The notes under the pieces are model-generated. The model ran no database searches, was not told where the DNA came from, and worked only from the letters and a program-made list of their open reading frames with translations. Positions 62,020-64,000 of a DNA stretch of 64,000 bases are shown one piece after another (the first letter of the stretch is position 1; each line of letters begins with the position of its first letter). Both the position numbers and the translations under genes were made by a program. This DNA is from Lepidodermella squamata (Eukaryota; Animalia; Gastrotricha). Location of the stretch: the NCBI GenBank assembly GCA_047495785.1, contig JBLDXI010000003.1:4402001-4466000 (forward strand), in the 5' to 3' direction.

Positions 62020-62853
62020 ATGCCGGTTAAGAAGATCATCAAGAAGATCGTGAAGAAGGTTCCGGCGAGCCAACTGGCTGCCGCCCAAGCTGCAGCTGCC
62101 GCGGCTGCTAAGAAGGACGCAAAGAAGAAGAGGTTAAACCCTCTCTTTGAGCGCAAGGCTAAGAACTTTGGCATTGGCCAGGATATTCAGCCTAAGCGTG
62201 ATGTTAGCCGCTTCGTTCGCTGGCCCAAGTACGTCCGTCTTCAACGCCAGAAGGCTGTTTTGCTGAAACGTCTCAAGGTTCCGCCAGCGATCAACCAATT
62301 CAAGCTTACATTGGAGCGTCAAACGACCTCCGAGCTGTTCCGTCTTCTTAACAAGTACCGCCCGGAGACCAAGTGGCAAAAGAAGGCCCGTCAGAAGGCT
62401 GCCGCCGAAAAGAAGGTTAGCGGAGCTGACAAGGATGCGTCTAAACGCCCGCCGGTCGTTCGCAGCGGTATTAACACTGTTACCCGATTGGTGGAGCAGA
62501 AGAAGGCTCAGCTTGTCGTCATTGCTCACGACGTCGAGCCCGTCGAAATCGTTATCTTCCTGCCTGCCCTCTGCCGTAAAATGGGTGTCCCATATTGTAT
62601 CGTCAAGGGCAAGGCTCGCCTCGGCCAGGTCGTCAATTTCAAGACTTGCGCTGCTTTGGCGATCACCAACGTCAACTCGGAAGATCGCTCATCGCTGTCG
62701 AAGTTGATCGAAGCCGTCAGGACCAACTTCAATGATCGCTACGAAGACATCCGCAGGCACTGGGGTGGTGGTGTTCTTGGCCTTAAGACTCAAGCTCGCG
62801 TAGCTAAGCTCGAGAAGGCGAAGGCCCGTGAGCTCCGCCAGAAGATGGGTTAA
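62020..62853 (+). CDS. RPL7A: 60S ribosomal protein L7a (eL8)
   Basis: [70 protein letters not shown]; intronless CDS. Confidence 0.98.
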   Translation: MPVKKIIKKIVKKVPASQLAAAQAAAAAAAKKDAKKKRLNPLFERKAKNFGIGQDIQPKRDVSRFVRWPKYVRLQRQKAVLLKRLKVPPAINQFKLTLERQTTSELFRLLNKYRPETKWQKKARQKAAAEKKVSGADKDASKRPPVVRSGINTVTRLVEQKKAQLVVIAHDVEPVEIVIFLPALCRKMGVPYCIVKGKARLGQVVNFKTCAALAITNVNSEDRSSLSKLIEAVRTNFNDRYEDIRRHWGGGVLGLKTQARVAKLEKAKARELRQKMG

Positions 62854-63005
62854 AAAAACATTCAATAGTTTTTTGAGAGCAGAGTTGTATTGTGGTTCTA
62901 TCAATACTGTGCGCATGGTGCGATAAATAAAAATTTTGAAAGATTGTGCTGCTGACGCTAAAATATATCCGTTTTTTCTATATCATAGGTATTTTTTACT
63001 CGGAA

Positions 63006-63662
63006 ATGAAGCATTATGGGGTGACGTTGGTTGCACTGACGTCTTATTTGGTGTGCTCGACTGCGATGGTCGTTAAAGATTCATCGAATGCGCAGGTCAT
63101 AGCTACAGCTTCAGCAAATCTTTATCGGGCGAATGAGTACGGAATCTACAGTCACGGCGTTATCACCTTTGAACAAGTAAAAGAGGCTGATTCGATGCAT
63201 GTTAGAATTCGTGGTCGCCTCAAGAGCATCGACCCAGTGGAACAGGATCACGCCTTCACTATACATAATGGACCTGCTTCTTGGGAAAAAGGCTGCACCG
63301 ATCTAGGTGGTCACTTCAACCCTCAGAAAACCAGCCATGGCGCACCAACGGAAGCCGCTACATCTCGTCATGTTGGAGATTTGGGCAATATCTACATTAA
63401 CAAATTTGGATTTGCTGATATTAATACAAATGATAATTTGATTCAACTTGGAACAAAAGATTCTAATTTTGACATCCTGGGCAAAACTCTGGCAATTCAT
63501 TATCTCCCAGACGATTTCGGCCGAGGAAATAACACGCGCTCAGTGCCTGACGCAGGAGCTATTATCGCTTGCGGAAACATCGAAGTAAAAAGCGGCTCTC
63601 CTGCATTTGCTGCTTCACCCGTCTTGATCCTCCTCTTTTTGTTGTATGCACTAATATTTTGA
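63006..63662 (+). CDS. Secreted/GPI-anchored Cu/Zn superoxide dismutase-fold protein with degenerate active site
   Basis: Signal peptide, GGHFNP, SHGAP, RHVGDLGNI, ILGKTLAIH, DDFG, IACG, hydrophobic C-terminal tail. Confidence 0.9.
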   Translation: MKHYGVTLVALTSYLVCSTAMVVKDSSNAQVIATASANLYRANEYGIYSHGVITFEQVKEADSMHVRIRGRLKSIDPVEQDHAFTIHNGPASWEKGCTDLGGHFNPQKTSHGAPTEAATSRHVGDLGNIYINKFGFADINTNDNLIQLGTKDSNFDILGKTLAIHYLPDDFGRGNNTRSVPDAGAIIACGNIEVKSGSPAFAASPVLILLFLLYALIF

Positions 63663-64000
63663 AACAAGTGGCATTTCTCAGACATTTGCAGGCTTTAATT
63701 TTCTTCCGAGTCGTGGGATTTTTTGTAATATGCAACAATTTTATGCTAATGGTTTGTATTGAAAACATTTTGTTTGCCCAATTATTTTATACTCGAAAGT
63801 ACGCTGATGAGAGAAGTTGACACTTGATTATTTGAAATTTCTACGCTGGCGTGAGTAAATTTTATATTTCATTGCTATTGAAGATCGAATCACGGGCGTT
63901 ATTATTTTCCTGTGAGCGTCTCTTCTTTCTCCATCTCTCTCTTACTAGTACGGTTGTGTGCCTTGCTGCTCGCTCTACTCAGTAGAGTTTAAACTGACGA

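Overview
Gene-dense window from a compact animal (invertebrate) nuclear genome; the taxon cannot be fixed from sequence alone. About 19 protein genes were rebuilt by joining ORF fragments across short GT-AG introns (mostly 50-60 nt; one GC-AG). In order: SH2-tyrosine kinase lacking SH3 (partial), KANK, orphan 410-aa amphipathic/membrane protein, SYK, two SLC23/NAT transporters, AP-1/2 beta adaptin, ATP synthase F6, a third SLC23, three Ly6/three-finger GPI proteins, an SLC6 glycine/proline-type transporter, a highly derived STAT-like gene, XPC, kynurenine aminotransferase, TUT4/7, an RRM-RGG-2xCCHC protein, RPL7A and a GPI-type Cu/Zn-SOD-fold protein. No prokaryotic features, CRISPR, rRNA or tRNA were seen. 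Most notable: (1) a STAT5-like protein with a duplicated linker, altered DNA-recognition segment and no phosphotyrosine tail, downstream of a dense cluster of STAT (GAS) sites and a kB-like site, i.e. a candidate inducible STAT decoy/feedback module; (2) poly(A) signal to unpaired splice acceptor to ATG junctions within a run of 13 co-oriented genes, suggesting trans-spliced operons; (3) a probably non-catalytic surface SOD, an SLC23 with an unusual signature motif, an intronic H/ACA snoRNA candidate and an orphan protein with a LIR-like tail. All calls are by eye; no searches were run.
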